A program made the translations under genes and the position numbers. 64,000 nt of DNA from an uncultured Bacillales bacterium (GTDB taxonomy: Bacteria > Bacillota_I > Bacilli_A > RF39 > UBA660). The stretch lies in contig CALYOH010000002.1 of the NCBI GenBank assembly GCA_945228905.1, positions 3,706 to 67,705 on the forward strand. Reading direction: 5' to 3'. Positions 55,401 through 64,000 of the stretch are shown here, one piece after another (the stretch's first letter is position 1; each line of letters starts with the position of its first letter). The notes below the pieces were generated by a model. That model was not told the DNA's origin. It saw only the letters and a list, made by a program, of their open reading frames with translations, and did not search any database.

Positions 55401-57019
55401 CCATCTTCTTTTCTACCATCATCTTCTAATTGTTCAGATTCAGCTTCATCTCTTCTAGCATCAAATATAGAATCAATATCAGCACTCATCTCATTAAATT
55501 CTTCTATATTAGTAGCAAAATATCTATTATTATGTTGATTATCCCAGTTATGAGGAGATACTTTTAAATACTCCCATTTTTCTGCATTTTCAGGTGTTGT
55601 AAACACAATAAATTTCAAATCAGAATAAGGATGATATGCCATTATTTGTAAAAAGATATTATCAATTAATCTATCACAATAAACTTCTTCTCCTACAACA
55701 GCAGTAAGATTATTTTCAACCAATGAGAATGAATATGGAGAAGCATCAATATATTTAGAATCATCTAAAACAGTCTTTAATGACTTCATTAATTCATCTT
55801 CATCATTAACAGAAAACTTATCTTCTGGATATCTAACTTTAATCTTGGACTTAACAGTACCGTTACCTAAACATACTCTTAGGAAATCTTCATCATCAAT
55901 ATTCTTTTTCCATAAATCATTTTTTCTTTTTAAAATAACCTCATTAACAACATCAAGGTTAGGATATTCTTCATATAATAATTCTCTTTGTTGTACTTTA
56001 ATATTACTTATCTCAGTCTTTTTCTTTTCAAGATACTTTTTATACTTAATAACACGTTTAATCTTAGCTTTCTTAAATTGTTTCTTTTTATAGAATTTTA
56101 AAATAAATGGCCACATTACTGTTCCAGATACTAAAGCAAAAACAGTAATCATAGAAGTAAAGAACCTCATTCCATCTACTTCTCCTTCAGCATAACCAAT
56201 AATAGTATCTAAAACAGAAAAGATAGACATAACCATCATTGTAAGTTGTGGTCCTAAAGTTAATAATATAGGTGTCTCTTCTCTTTGCTCTTCTGGAGGT
56301 GGTTCATCTATTCTTACTTCTTCTTCCTCTCTTTCAGAAATAAATCTTGGAGATTTTGAAAAATAAGACTTTTTATCATATAAAGGTAAATCTTCTTGTC
56401 CCTTAGGAGAAATAAAATTACCTAAATTAGATACAGCAGTAGTAATAAATGAATTATTATTTAAACTTATTCCTCCAGGAGCAGTAATAATAAATTGTTG
56501 TCCTAAACATATAATTTTTAATCCAAAGCAAAAGATATAATCACCAGAATAAATTCTACTATCTCCAACAGGTTTATTATTAAGATATACTTTATTACCT
56601 TCAGTAGTTACTTTCCAATAACCCTCTTGATTAAAAGTAAGTCTAAATTCTTCAGGTCCAATATATGAATTTCTAAAGCAAACATCACAATTTGGACCAG
56701 AACCAACAATAATTTCTTGCTTATTAGCTTTTACAATATTAGTATCTTCATAATAAGCAGGTGTCGCAACTAAATATAAATAAGCCCCTTCAATAGAAAA
56801 AACAAAAATAGAATCACTTTTAAGTACAGGTTTATCAACTTCTTGATTACCCTTCATTATTCTTACTTCTTCAGCAGGTTTAATTCTCCACTCTCCGTCT
56901 ACCCCTTCAATACTCGCAAGCAACTTATTTTCAGTAAGTGGAATTGGATATACGCCCATTACTTTTGATGGTAAAAATATTTTTTTAAAAAAGTTGTTAA
57001 AAAAGACATTTACTATCAC
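52445..57019 (-). CDS. essC: Type VII secretion FtsK/SpoIIIE-family ATPase EssC
   Basis: 1524 aa. Two N-terminal FHA-like modules, two TM helices and three P-loop domains. D1 has GTTGSGKSE plus LLIICDEFAEL. D2 has GQPGSGKE, a degenerate Walker A. D3 is further degenerate. Apparent GTG start at 57019 after AGGGTGGGA. Confidence 0.9.
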   Translation of the reverse strand: MIVNVFFNNFFKKIFLPSKVMGVYPIPLTENKLLASIEGVDGEWRIKPAEEVRIMKGNQEVDKPVLKSDSIFVFSIEGAYLYLVATPAYYEDTNIVKANKQEIIVGSGPNCDVCFRNSYIGPEEFRLTFNQEGYWKVTTEGNKVYLNNKPVGDSRIYSGDYIFCFGLKIICLGQQFIITAPGGISLNNNSFITTAVSNLGNFISPKGQEDLPLYDKKSYFSKSPRFISEREEEEVRIDEPPPEEQREETPILLTLGPQLTMMVMSIFSVLDTIIGYAEGEVDGMRFFTSMITVFALVSGTVMWPFILKFYKKKQFKKAKIKRVIKYKKYLEKKKTEISNIKVQQRELLYEEYPNLDVVNEVILKRKNDLWKKNIDDEDFLRVCLGNGTVKSKIKVRYPEDKFSVNDEDELMKSLKTVLDDSKYIDASPYSFSLVENNLTAVVGEEVYCDRLIDNIFLQIMAYHPYSDLKFIVFTTPENAEKWEYLKVSPHNWDNQHNNRYFATNIEEFNEMSADIDSIFDARRDEAESEQLEDDGRKEDGTEEPYKKYKPYFILFTDSIESIRSTSLVKKILNYKRNLGFTLLIENDRLSTLPDQTHTFISVNKEKSGLFTNKLKLDDKNEFQVDFTTPINMYNVALILANTPILLEKGKYELPKSLSFLEMFNVGRVEQLNSLERWKSNNPVNSLSVPIGIDQNGEAFKMDIHEKVYGPHGLVAGTTGSGKSEWIVTYILSLAVNFSPDEVQFVLIDYKGGGLAMSFENHELGIKLPHLAGTITNLDKSAINRSIASIESELKRRQSIFNDAREKLKEGQMDIYKYQQYYRKGAVDIPLSHLLIICDEFAELKQQQPEFMEQLISTSRIGRSLGVHLILATQKPSGVVNDQIWSNSRFKVCLRVQDKSDSNEILKKPDAAYLKQTGAFYLEVGNDEYYNLGQSAWAGAKYYPSDIVKHTVDQSVQYINNIGKIINYFDNVEEKKNEESEGEELLNIVKYISNISQEEKFVKQQLWLPNIPEDIYLTEVKKRYGFQPKKLDFTTVIGEYDEPREQKQDILTVNIADGNIAIVGQPGSGKEMLVSSILFSSMTEHTPQEINYYILDFGAETLRKFAKFPHVGEVVFQDDMERVGGVIQLVMDELNKRKVLFQDFNGSLEYYNTHSGEVLPVICLVINAFDVFGEVLAKVVDSLNALFRDAPRYGIIFILTASAQNTFRPRVLQYFNRLIVLNLQDESQYRNLTNCRKGLLPSNLYGRGICKVTNDDDSYAEFQTAKITTPENELAYLKQVAEVLNNNYTTRAKKIATIPDNITSEDLVKYITTIKDLPIGYNFYEKDIAKLDISETKLYPIITKDMKSSMPFIYALANLLTKIPNTVVRVIDVLGAFEKPILDIKLFQDDLRVIFAAIDKDVKSRTDTQPLAINIILGAGSIKGKLDKVGQEFADSMFNGIANCKQNIFFLIDDYKKFKLLKLQPWYNTMDTTKGMWLGPGIESQSVLVTNDLSEEDKKYNYAGMAYLIKDSTYTLIKTMMDGDD

Positions 57020-57046
57020 AATATCCCACCCTATCTTCTATATAAT

Positions 57047-57075
57047 AGTATATTATTATTAAGATAATAAGTCAA
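57047..57075 (-). promoter_or_regulatory. Candidate sigma-A promoter of essC
   Basis: The minus strand reads TTGACT-N17-TATACT, located between the proS terminator and the essC start. Confidence 0.45.
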
Positions 57076-57076
57076 T

Positions 57077-57104
57077 TTAAAAAAGGAAGATTAAACTTCC
57101 TTTT
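57077..57104 (-). terminator. Rho-independent terminator of proS
   Basis: On the minus strand AAGGAAG-tttaat-CTTCCTT is followed by TTTT. The stop codon of proS lies in the loop. Confidence 0.55.
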
Positions 57105-58767
57105 TTAATGCTTCTATATCATATTCTTTAATATCTGAACTAGTACGTTCTTTATATTCAACAATACCTTCAGATGCCCTTTTTCCAACAACAATTCTCT
57201 TAGGTATACCAATAAGATCCATATCTTTAAATTTAAATCCAGCTCTTGCATCTCTATCATCTAAAAGAACATCATATCCTTTATTAGTTAAATAATCATA
57301 CAAGTCATTAGCTACTCTAACTTGATCTTCATCTTTTATATTAACAATAACAATACTATAATCATAAGGAGCAACTATTTCAGGGAAAATAATTCCATTA
57401 TCATCATGATTTTGTTCAACTAAAGCAGCCATTATTCTAGCAATACCAATTCCATAACTACCCATAACTACAGGTTTAAGTTCATTATTTTCATCACTAT
57501 ATAATAATCCCATAGCTTCAGAATATTTAGTTCCTAATTTAAATGTATTACCAACTTCAATACCATGTTTAAAAGTTAATTTTTCTCCACATACTGGACA
57601 AACATCATCTTCAGTAATATTTCTAATATCTGCAACCATCTCATATTTAAAATCATCAAGATTAGTATTAATAAAATGATAATCAGTCTTATTAGCTCCA
57701 ACTAAGAAGTTCTTCATACCTTCAACTTCTCTATCAATAATTACAGGTACACTTAAATCTATAGGTCCAGCAAATCCAACCGCTGCCCCAGTAACTTCTT
57801 CATCTTCCTCAAATGTAGCCATTTCCACATTTTTGGCACCAAGAAGCTTAAGAATTTTATATTCATTTACCTCTCTATCACCTCTAACCATAAATGCATA
57901 GAACTTACCATCTACTTTATAAATCATAGTTTTACAAGTATCTTTTGCCTCAATATGATAATTATTATATATATCATCTATAGTTCCACAATTTGGAGTA
58001 TGAAGTAATTCTTTCTTTTTCTTTCTATCCTTACTAATTTCAATTTCACCATTACATTCACAAATTTCATCATTAGTAGATAAACCACATTTTTCACATA
58101 ATACTAATGTATCTTCACCAATATCAGTAATAGCTTGGAACTCTTCAGATAAAAGTCCACCCATCGCACCATTAGATGCTCTAACTATTTTATAGTTTAT
58201 TCCCAATCTATCAAATATTTTCTTATAAGCATTAAACATTAAATCATAAGACTTATCTAATCCCTCTAAATCTTTATCAAAAGTATAAGCATCCTTCATT
58301 TCAAACTCTCTAGTTCTAATAAGACCATATCTACTTCTAATCTCATCTCTATATTTATTAGCCATTTGATATATACTAATTGGCATATCTTTATATGATT
58401 TAATTAAATCTCTACAAGCTTCAACAAATAACTCTTCATGTGTTGGACCTAAAACATAATGTCTTCCAGCTCTATCATCTAAATAAAACATATCATCTCC
58501 AAACACTTCTTTTCTTCCGCTTGCTACAAAGTAATCTTCCGGTAGTAATGAAGGCATTAATAATTCTTGTGAACCAATATTGTTCATTTCTTCTCTAATG
58601 ACTTTTTCAATTTTTCTAAACACTTTAAGTCCAAGCGGTAAAAACATATATATACCACTACCAACTTTTTTAATCATTCCACTTCTAACTAATAAGTTAC
58701 CACTAGTAGAATCTTCATCTTTTGCATCTTCCTTTAATGTAATAAAATAGCCTTTACTTAATCTCAT
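57091..58767 (-). CDS. proS: Prolyl-tRNA synthetase (bacterial type with editing insertion)
   Basis: MRLSKGYFITLKEDAKDEDSTSGNLLVRSGMIKK... is a typical ProRS N-terminus. 558 aa from ATG 58767. The longer ORF in the track reads through the T-box terminator. Confidence 0.9.
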   Translation of the reverse strand: MRLSKGYFITLKEDAKDEDSTSGNLLVRSGMIKKVGSGIYMFLPLGLKVFRKIEKVIREEMNNIGSQELLMPSLLPEDYFVASGRKEVFGDDMFYLDDRAGRHYVLGPTHEELFVEACRDLIKSYKDMPISIYQMANKYRDEIRSRYGLIRTREFEMKDAYTFDKDLEGLDKSYDLMFNAYKKIFDRLGINYKIVRASNGAMGGLLSEEFQAITDIGEDTLVLCEKCGLSTNDEICECNGEIEISKDRKKKKELLHTPNCGTIDDIYNNYHIEAKDTCKTMIYKVDGKFYAFMVRGDREVNEYKILKLLGAKNVEMATFEEDEEVTGAAVGFAGPIDLSVPVIIDREVEGMKNFLVGANKTDYHFINTNLDDFKYEMVADIRNITEDDVCPVCGEKLTFKHGIEVGNTFKLGTKYSEAMGLLYSDENNELKPVVMGSYGIGIARIMAALVEQNHDDNGIIFPEIVAPYDYSIVIVNIKDEDQVRVANDLYDYLTNKGYDVLLDDRDARAGFKFKDMDLIGIPKRIVVGKRASEGIVEYKERTSSDIKEYDIEALKKEV

Positions 58768-58780
58768 AATAATACCTCCT

Positions 58781-58975
58781 AAAATTAAAAGGATGATACC
58801 AAAGGAGTGCATAATGCACGGTACCATCCTTAATTTACTCTTTTTGATAACGGTGTAGACCACCGGATTACTCTCCTAAAGCGGTAGGAATCATATTAGA
58901 TTATTAATAGGTTCACACTATCCCTATCTCACTGAAATAAGAGCTAATATAATCATGTCCTCTTTCTCGGATTTC
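58781..58975 (-). promoter_or_regulatory. T-box leader (proline-type)
   Basis: The reverse strand has AGAGA-like stem I, GGTGGTC, the candidate specifier CCU-A (GAUUCCUACC), the T-box AAGGATGGTACCGTG and the terminator GGATGGTACC...GGTATCATCCTTTT. Confidence 0.8.
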
Positions 58976-59008
58976 ATATATTGTAGCATATAACAATCAT
59001 TTAATCAA

Positions 59009-60238
59009 CTATTTACTTAATTCTTCTTCTATTCTCATTAATTGATTATATTTACAAACTCTATCAGTTCTAGACATAGATCCAGTCTTAATTTGACCTA
59101 AATCAAGTCCAACAGCTAAGTCAGCAATTGTAGTATCTTCTGTTTCTCCAGATCTATGAGAAATAACAGTAGCATAACCATTGCTTCTAGCAAGTTCAAT
59201 AGTCTCTAAAGTTTCAGTAATTGTACCAATTTGATTTACTTTTAATAAAATAGCATTTCCAGCATGTTTATCAATTCCCATTTGAAGACATTTCTTATTA
59301 GTAACAAATAAATCATCACCAACTAATTGAATCTTATCTCCTAATTTTTCAGTAATCTTAGTAAATCCTTCCCAATCATTTTCATCAACTGGATCTTCAA
59401 TTGAAATAATTGGATATTTAGAAACTAATTCTTCATAGAATTCAATTAATTCATCAGTAGTTAAACTTCTATTTTCTCCAACTAAATTATATTTTCCATC
59501 TTTATAGAATTCAGAAGCAGCAACATCAATTCCCATGCAAACGTCTTTTCCTGGTTCATAACCTGCTCTTCTAATAGCTTCCATAATTAGTTCAAATCCT
59601 TCAGTATTAGATTGTAAGTCTGGAGCAAATCCACCTTCATCTCCTACACCAGTAGCAAGACCTTGTTCATTTAAAACTTTCTTTAAATTATGGAATACTT
59701 CAGCACCAACTCTAACTCTTTCATGAATAGTATCTCTTTGAGGAATAATCATAAACTCTTGGAAATCAAGTTTATTATCAGCATGAGCTCCTCCATTAAT
59801 AATATTCATCATTGGTTTAGGTAAAGTGGTTCCATTACCAATATACTTGTATAATGGTTTACCAGCATTAATAGCACTTGCTTTTAAAGCAGCCATTGAA
59901 ATGCCTAAAATAGCATTAGCTCCATATTTAGATTTAGTTTCAGTACCATCAGCCTCAATCATAGCATAATCTAATGCCTTTTGATCTTCAGCATCCATAC
60001 CAATTACTAAGTCTCTTAATGGTCCATTAACATTAGCAACAGCCTTTAATGTACCTTTTCCAAGATATCTAGACTTATCTCCATCTCTAAGTTCTAGAGC
60101 CTCTCTTTCACCAGTAGAAGCACCACTTGGAACAGCTGCTCTACCTAAAATTCCATTTTCTAGAATAACGTCTACTTCTACAGTAGGATTACCTCTAGAA
60201 TCAAGTATTTCCCTTCCTATTACATCTTTAATTTTCAT
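59009..60238 (-). CDS. eno: Enolase
   Basis: [18 protein letters not shown] and [17 protein letters not shown]. Confidence 0.95.
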   Translation of the reverse strand: MKIKDVIGREILDSRGNPTVEVDVILENGILGRAAVPSGASTGEREALELRDGDKSRYLGKGTLKAVANVNGPLRDLVIGMDAEDQKALDYAMIEADGTETKSKYGANAILGISMAALKASAINAGKPLYKYIGNGTTLPKPMMNIINGGAHADNKLDFQEFMIIPQRDTIHERVRVGAEVFHNLKKVLNEQGLATGVGDEGGFAPDLQSNTEGFELIMEAIRRAGYEPGKDVCMGIDVAASEFYKDGKYNLVGENRSLTTDELIEFYEELVSKYPIISIEDPVDENDWEGFTKITEKLGDKIQLVGDDLFVTNKKCLQMGIDKHAGNAILLKVNQIGTITETLETIELARSNGYATVISHRSGETEDTTIADLAVGLDLGQIKTGSMSRTDRVCKYNQLMRIEEELSK

Positions 60239-60286
60239 ATAATTACCTCCTATTTCATTATATCATTTATCAAATAAAATATACTA

Positions 60287-61645
60287 TTATTGATATTTAT
60301 TTTTTAATTCTTTTACTTTATCCTTAAATTCAGTTCCTCTAACTTCACATTCTTTATATTGATCCCAACTAGCACTAGCAGGACTAAGTAAAATAATATC
60401 TCCCTTAGAAGAAACATCATAACATTTAATAAATCCATCTTTTAAATATTCAAAAGAATATGTAGGAATACCAATATTATTACCAAATTCAACTACTCTA
60501 TTACGACACTGTCCAATAGCAATAATAGCTTTAACATGTCCAATATATGGAATTAACTCATCAAAATCTTGTCCTCTTTCTAATCCACCAAGAATTATAA
60601 CAGTTGGCTTATCAAAAGAAGATAAAGCTATCTGAGTGCATTTTATATTAGTTGCTTCAGTATCATTATAAAACTTTCTACCATTAACAGTATCAACATA
60701 TTCTAGTCTATGTTCTACTCCTCTGAAGTTAGATATTACTTTAATGATAACTTCATTTGGAACATTAAACTCTTTAGCAACCATAATAGCGGCCATACAA
60801 TTTTCTACATTATGTCTTCCTGCAATAAATATTTCTTCTCTAGACATAACTTTCTCATCATAATAATAAATATCATCTCCATCTAAATAGCACCCTTTAA
60901 TTGTAGTTCTACTAGAAAAATATTTCTTAGTAGATAATATCTCTTTAGTAGAATCAATTACATCATCATTATCAATATTAAGAATTGCTATATCATTACT
61001 AGTTTGTTTCTGAAATAATTTTGTTTTTACTCTTTTGTAATTATCATAACTCTTTAAAAAATCAATATGAGCAGGACTTAAATTAGTCATAACAGCTATA
61101 TTGGGATGAAATTCACTCATATTCTCTAATTGTTGACAAGAAACTTCCATAACTAGTATATTATCCTTTTTTAATTTATCTAAAACACTACATAAAGGAT
61201 ATCCAATATTTCCTGCTAAAACAACCTTATCACCAAAGTATTCTTTTAATATATTATAAGTAATAGTTGTAGTGGTAGTCTTACCGTTAGTACCAGTAAT
61301 ACCAACTATTTTTAATTCTTTAGGTAATAATCTATAAGCCATCTCAACTTCATTTATTACTTCTATTCCAAGTTCTCTAGCTTTAAGAACATACTTATGA
61401 TCTATTGGAACTCCTGGATTTTTAATTAAAAAATCAAAACTATCATCTAATAAATCATCAGGATGAGAACCGAATACAAATTCAACACCTAAATCTTTTA
61501 ATTCTTTTATTTTATCTTGGTCTAACTTAGATTCATCTTTAGAATCATTAAGAATAACTTTATTATTTCTTTTTATTAATACTTTTGCAGCTTCATAACC
61601 ACTTCTTGCAAAACCAAGAATTAATACTTTGTTATTTTTAAACAT
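60287..61645 (-). CDS. murD: UDP-N-acetylmuramoylalanine--D-glutamate ligase
   Basis: VLILGFARSG Rossmann N-terminus and GITGTNGKTTTT P-loop. 452 aa. Confidence 0.9.
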   Translation of the reverse strand: MFKNNKVLILGFARSGYEAAKVLIKRNNKVILNDSKDESKLDQDKIKELKDLGVEFVFGSHPDDLLDDSFDFLIKNPGVPIDHKYVLKARELGIEVINEVEMAYRLLPKELKIVGITGTNGKTTTTTITYNILKEYFGDKVVLAGNIGYPLCSVLDKLKKDNILVMEVSCQQLENMSEFHPNIAVMTNLSPAHIDFLKSYDNYKRVKTKLFQKQTSNDIAILNIDNDDVIDSTKEILSTKKYFSSRTTIKGCYLDGDDIYYYDEKVMSREEIFIAGRHNVENCMAAIMVAKEFNVPNEVIIKVISNFRGVEHRLEYVDTVNGRKFYNDTEATNIKCTQIALSSFDKPTVIILGGLERGQDFDELIPYIGHVKAIIAIGQCRNRVVEFGNNIGIPTYSFEYLKDGFIKCYDVSSKGDIILLSPASASWDQYKECEVRGTEFKDKVKELKNKYQ

Positions 61646-61657
61646 ATAATCTCCTTA

Positions 61658-63097
61658 TTATTTTATAAACACATCATTATAACCTTCATATAATGATTCA
61701 TCAAATTTAAAGTTAATCTTTTTATCCTTTTCTTCATATGCTTTTAATAATATCTTCTTTAACTTATCTTCATTACCTTCATCAAAATATTCTGGAGGTA
61801 CAACAATACCATTTTCTCCATCTTTAACACCTAATTCAAAGAAAGCCTCAAGTGGAGTAACAATTACCTTAGTATTAAGTGATAATGATTCTAGTACAGA
61901 ATAAGGCATAGCTTCACTTTCACTAAGTAAAACAAAGTAATCCGCATCATTAATATAAGGTAAAGGATTGGGTACTCTACTTCTAATAATTAATCCACCC
62001 TTATTAGTATTTTCATTGACATCAGTAAATAAATTCCAAGTATATGGAATACCTAACTCATCCAACATTTTAGCCATTTTCTCTACTCTTTCAGGTCTCT
62101 TAACTTTAGCTGTTCTATGTGCAGAGCATAACATTAAATGAGGTTTTACCATATTCTCATCGATTTTAAATGGATTCCATATAGTCTCATAATTATCTGT
62201 AGGGAAATATCCTTTAGCTCTATCACTCGCAACCTTAGAAACACCCACATAATGAGAATATAAATCATCTTTAAAATGCATAGAATTTTCATAATCACTC
62301 ATACATCCATGTATAAACATATAACTTTCCCCAAGATTTATAATATTCTTAGGATAAAAGTAATTAGTATATGGTGCAGAATAACTTTCATTAATATAAT
62401 TTATAGAATTATCATACTTAAGGCAATCAAAAAACTCACTAAATAATCCTAAGGTAGTAGGATGTATCTCATCATATAATATTGTTATTTTATATTTATC
62501 AGAAAAACATCTTCCTAAATTCTTTAACCAACTAACATAACCATTAAATATACCGTTACAACCACCCGCAACATATATTAAGTTTTTAACTTTAATTTCA
62601 TCTTTAACGTCATTATAAATCCATTTATTAATAATTCTCTTAGTGTTAGGATTATGGAAATAAATAACTTTATTGATACAAGTTCTATTAGTTAAATTAT
62701 CTTTAATATAATTATTAATATTATCAAGTTCTAAATCTAATACAGGAAGAAACTTATCTCTATCAATTATAAAACTCCATATATATTCACCAACTAAAGG
62801 CATATAATTACATAATTCATATTTATTATGAAGTATTCTTACTTTAGATTTATAATCATAATTAATCTTATAATTAATAAAACAAGTATCAAAATCTTCC
62901 TTAATCTTATTAGTAATTATTTCAAAATAATCATCACTTAACTTATCATCATCTCTAACAAATAAGAAATATTTAGTTTTAAGGCCTTTAATAAGTTTAG
63001 ATAAATTTGATCCATTAGAAAAAACAAAATCAACATCTTCTCTAGATTCAGTACCTTTATTTTTTTTACCTAATACAATTATAGTTAATCTACTCAT
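61658..63097 (-). CDS. Glycosyltransferase (C-terminal GT4/GT-B-like domain)
   Basis: C-terminus LLSESEAMPYSVLESLSLNTKVIV (an ExxxxxxxE-type motif of retaining GT-B enzymes). Start set at ATG 63097. Confidence 0.55.
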   Translation of the reverse strand: MSRLTIIVLGKKNKGTESREDVDFVFSNGSNLSKLIKGLKTKYFLFVRDDDKLSDDYFEIITNKIKEDFDTCFINYKINYDYKSKVRILHNKYELCNYMPLVGEYIWSFIIDRDKFLPVLDLELDNINNYIKDNLTNRTCINKVIYFHNPNTKRIINKWIYNDVKDEIKVKNLIYVAGGCNGIFNGYVSWLKNLGRCFSDKYKITILYDEIHPTTLGLFSEFFDCLKYDNSINYINESYSAPYTNYFYPKNIINLGESYMFIHGCMSDYENSMHFKDDLYSHYVGVSKVASDRAKGYFPTDNYETIWNPFKIDENMVKPHLMLCSAHRTAKVKRPERVEKMAKMLDELGIPYTWNLFTDVNENTNKGGLIIRSRVPNPLPYINDADYFVLLSESEAMPYSVLESLSLNTKVIVTPLEAFFELGVKDGENGIVVPPEYFDEGNEDKLKKILLKAYEEKDKKINFKFDESLYEGYNDVFIK

Positions 63098-63230
63098 ATA
63101 TACTCCTATCATCATTTATTATAACATAATAATGTATAAATAAAATGTAAATATATCATAATATTTTTCTATATTGATACAATTAAAATTATTGTGATAT
63201 AATAAGTAATAGAGTAAGGAGTGGGCAAAC

Positions 63231-64000
63231 ATGAAAATAGTTAAGCTTAGTTCATCACAATTTGATAGATTTGCAAGCACGCATAAGTATAGAAATTATT
63301 TTCAATCATCAATGTATGCTAATGTTATGTCTAGATTTGGATATCAACATCAATTTATAGGAATAGTAAATGATAGTAATAAACTTATAGGTGCATCATT
63401 AATTATATATAAAGAAGTTTGGATGAAGAATAAAATTGCCTATGCTCCAAGAGGATTATTATATAGTTATGAAGATGAAAGAGAATTAGAAGAAGTAGTA
63501 GAAAAACTACAAAAAACTTTAGGCAAACAAAATTTTATGCTATTAAGAATAGATCCTTATATCCCATTAACAATAAGAGATTCTGAAGGAAATATAATGA
63601 ATTTCAATAATCAGGGAACAACAATAATAGATAATCTTAAAAGAGCAGGATTTAAATATAAAGGTAAAACATTATACTTTGAAACAGAAAAGCCAAGATG
63701 GGAAGCATTAATCTTACTTCAAAGAGATGTAAGAGAAGTATTTGCAAGATTTGATAAAAGAACAAGAAACAAGATTAGAAGAGCAAGTTCTAGTGGTATA
63801 GAAATAGAAAAAGCTTCAACTAAGAATGTTAATAAGCTATATCAATTTGTTGCTAAAAAAGATAAAAAGCCATTATCTTTCTATAAAGAAATATTTAATA
63901 GATTTGAAGATGATGTAGAAGTATATTACGCAAAAATAAATACAGAAACATTCTTAATAAATAGTAGAAGAAATTATGAAAAAGAATTAGAATATAATGA
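63231..64000 (+). CDS. FemAB-family aminoacyltransferase (second paralog, runs off window end)
   Basis: My translation from ATG 63231 reads MKIVKLSSSQFDRFASTHKYRNYFQSSMYANVMSRFGYQHQFIGIV...YAPRGLLYSY..., parallel to the 5248 gene. Confidence 0.75.
   Translation, partial: MKIVKLSSSQFDRFASTHKYRNYFQSSMYANVMSRFGYQHQFIGIVNDSNKLIGASLIIYKEVWMKNKIAYAPRGLLYSYEDERELEEVVEKLQKTLGKQNFMLLRIDPYIPLTIRDSEGNIMNFNNQGTTIIDNLKRAGFKYKGKTLYFETEKPRWEALILLQRDVREVFARFDKRTRNKIRRASSSGIEIEKASTKNVNKLYQFVAKKDKKPLSFYKEIFNRFEDDVEVYYAKINTETFLINSRRNYEKELEYN

Noticed and set aside
58768-58863. A 32-codon N-terminal extension of the proS ORF in the six-frame track (MVYTVIKKSKLRMVPCIMHSFGIILLILGGII).
   Set aside because: It reads through the T-box terminator/antiterminator. 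The real start is ATG 58767, preceded by AGGAGG and giving the canonical MRLSKGYF ProRS N-terminus.

Overview
Very AT-rich, low-GC Firmicutes-type chromosome segment. It uses the standard genetic code (TGA is used as a stop), has three T-box leaders, a sortase and SD-type ribosome-binding sites; an Erysipelotrichia/Clostridia-like origin is only a guess. Most genes lie on the minus strand.

The backbone is housekeeping: tyrS, trmB, leuS, fhs, cdaA-cdaR, two RNB-family exoribonucleases, secG-rnr-capA-smpB-ssrA, proS, eno, murD, several cell-wall genes and two FemAB-family genes.

Two accessory modules together look like an unusual type VII (T7SSb/Ess-like) secretion system.

(A) 47991-57075 holds a stripped-down apparatus locus. 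It has essC (FHA-FHA-2TM-3xFtsK ATPase) translationally coupled to a YukD/EsaB-like ubiquitin-fold gene. It also has a six-gene array of small WXG100-like helical proteins and a divergently oriented membrane-anchored HExxH protein plus a GNAT. No EssA/EssB/EsaA equivalents are recognisable in the window.

(B) 7309-13256 is an eight-gene operon. Five proteins without signal peptides fuse about 100-aa WXG100/LXG-like helical N-termini to peptidoglycan hydrolase domains: NlpC/P60-clan (Amidase_5-like) x2, GH73 glucosaminidase, phage-tail-lysozyme-like, and an unassigned beta-rich module x2. Three stand-alone WXG100 proteins follow. No immunity-gene-sized ORFs lie between them.

Other items:
- Decayed IS3-like and IS30-like elements that retain their inverted repeats.
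- A thioester-domain surface adhesin that seems to need an ATA/ATT start codon, next to an atypical small sortase.
- A Fic/Doc-like protein with a degenerate catalytic motif.
- A NUDIX pseudogene.
- An orphan repeat-containing intergenic region next to ssrA.

No rRNA, tRNA or CRISPR array was seen.
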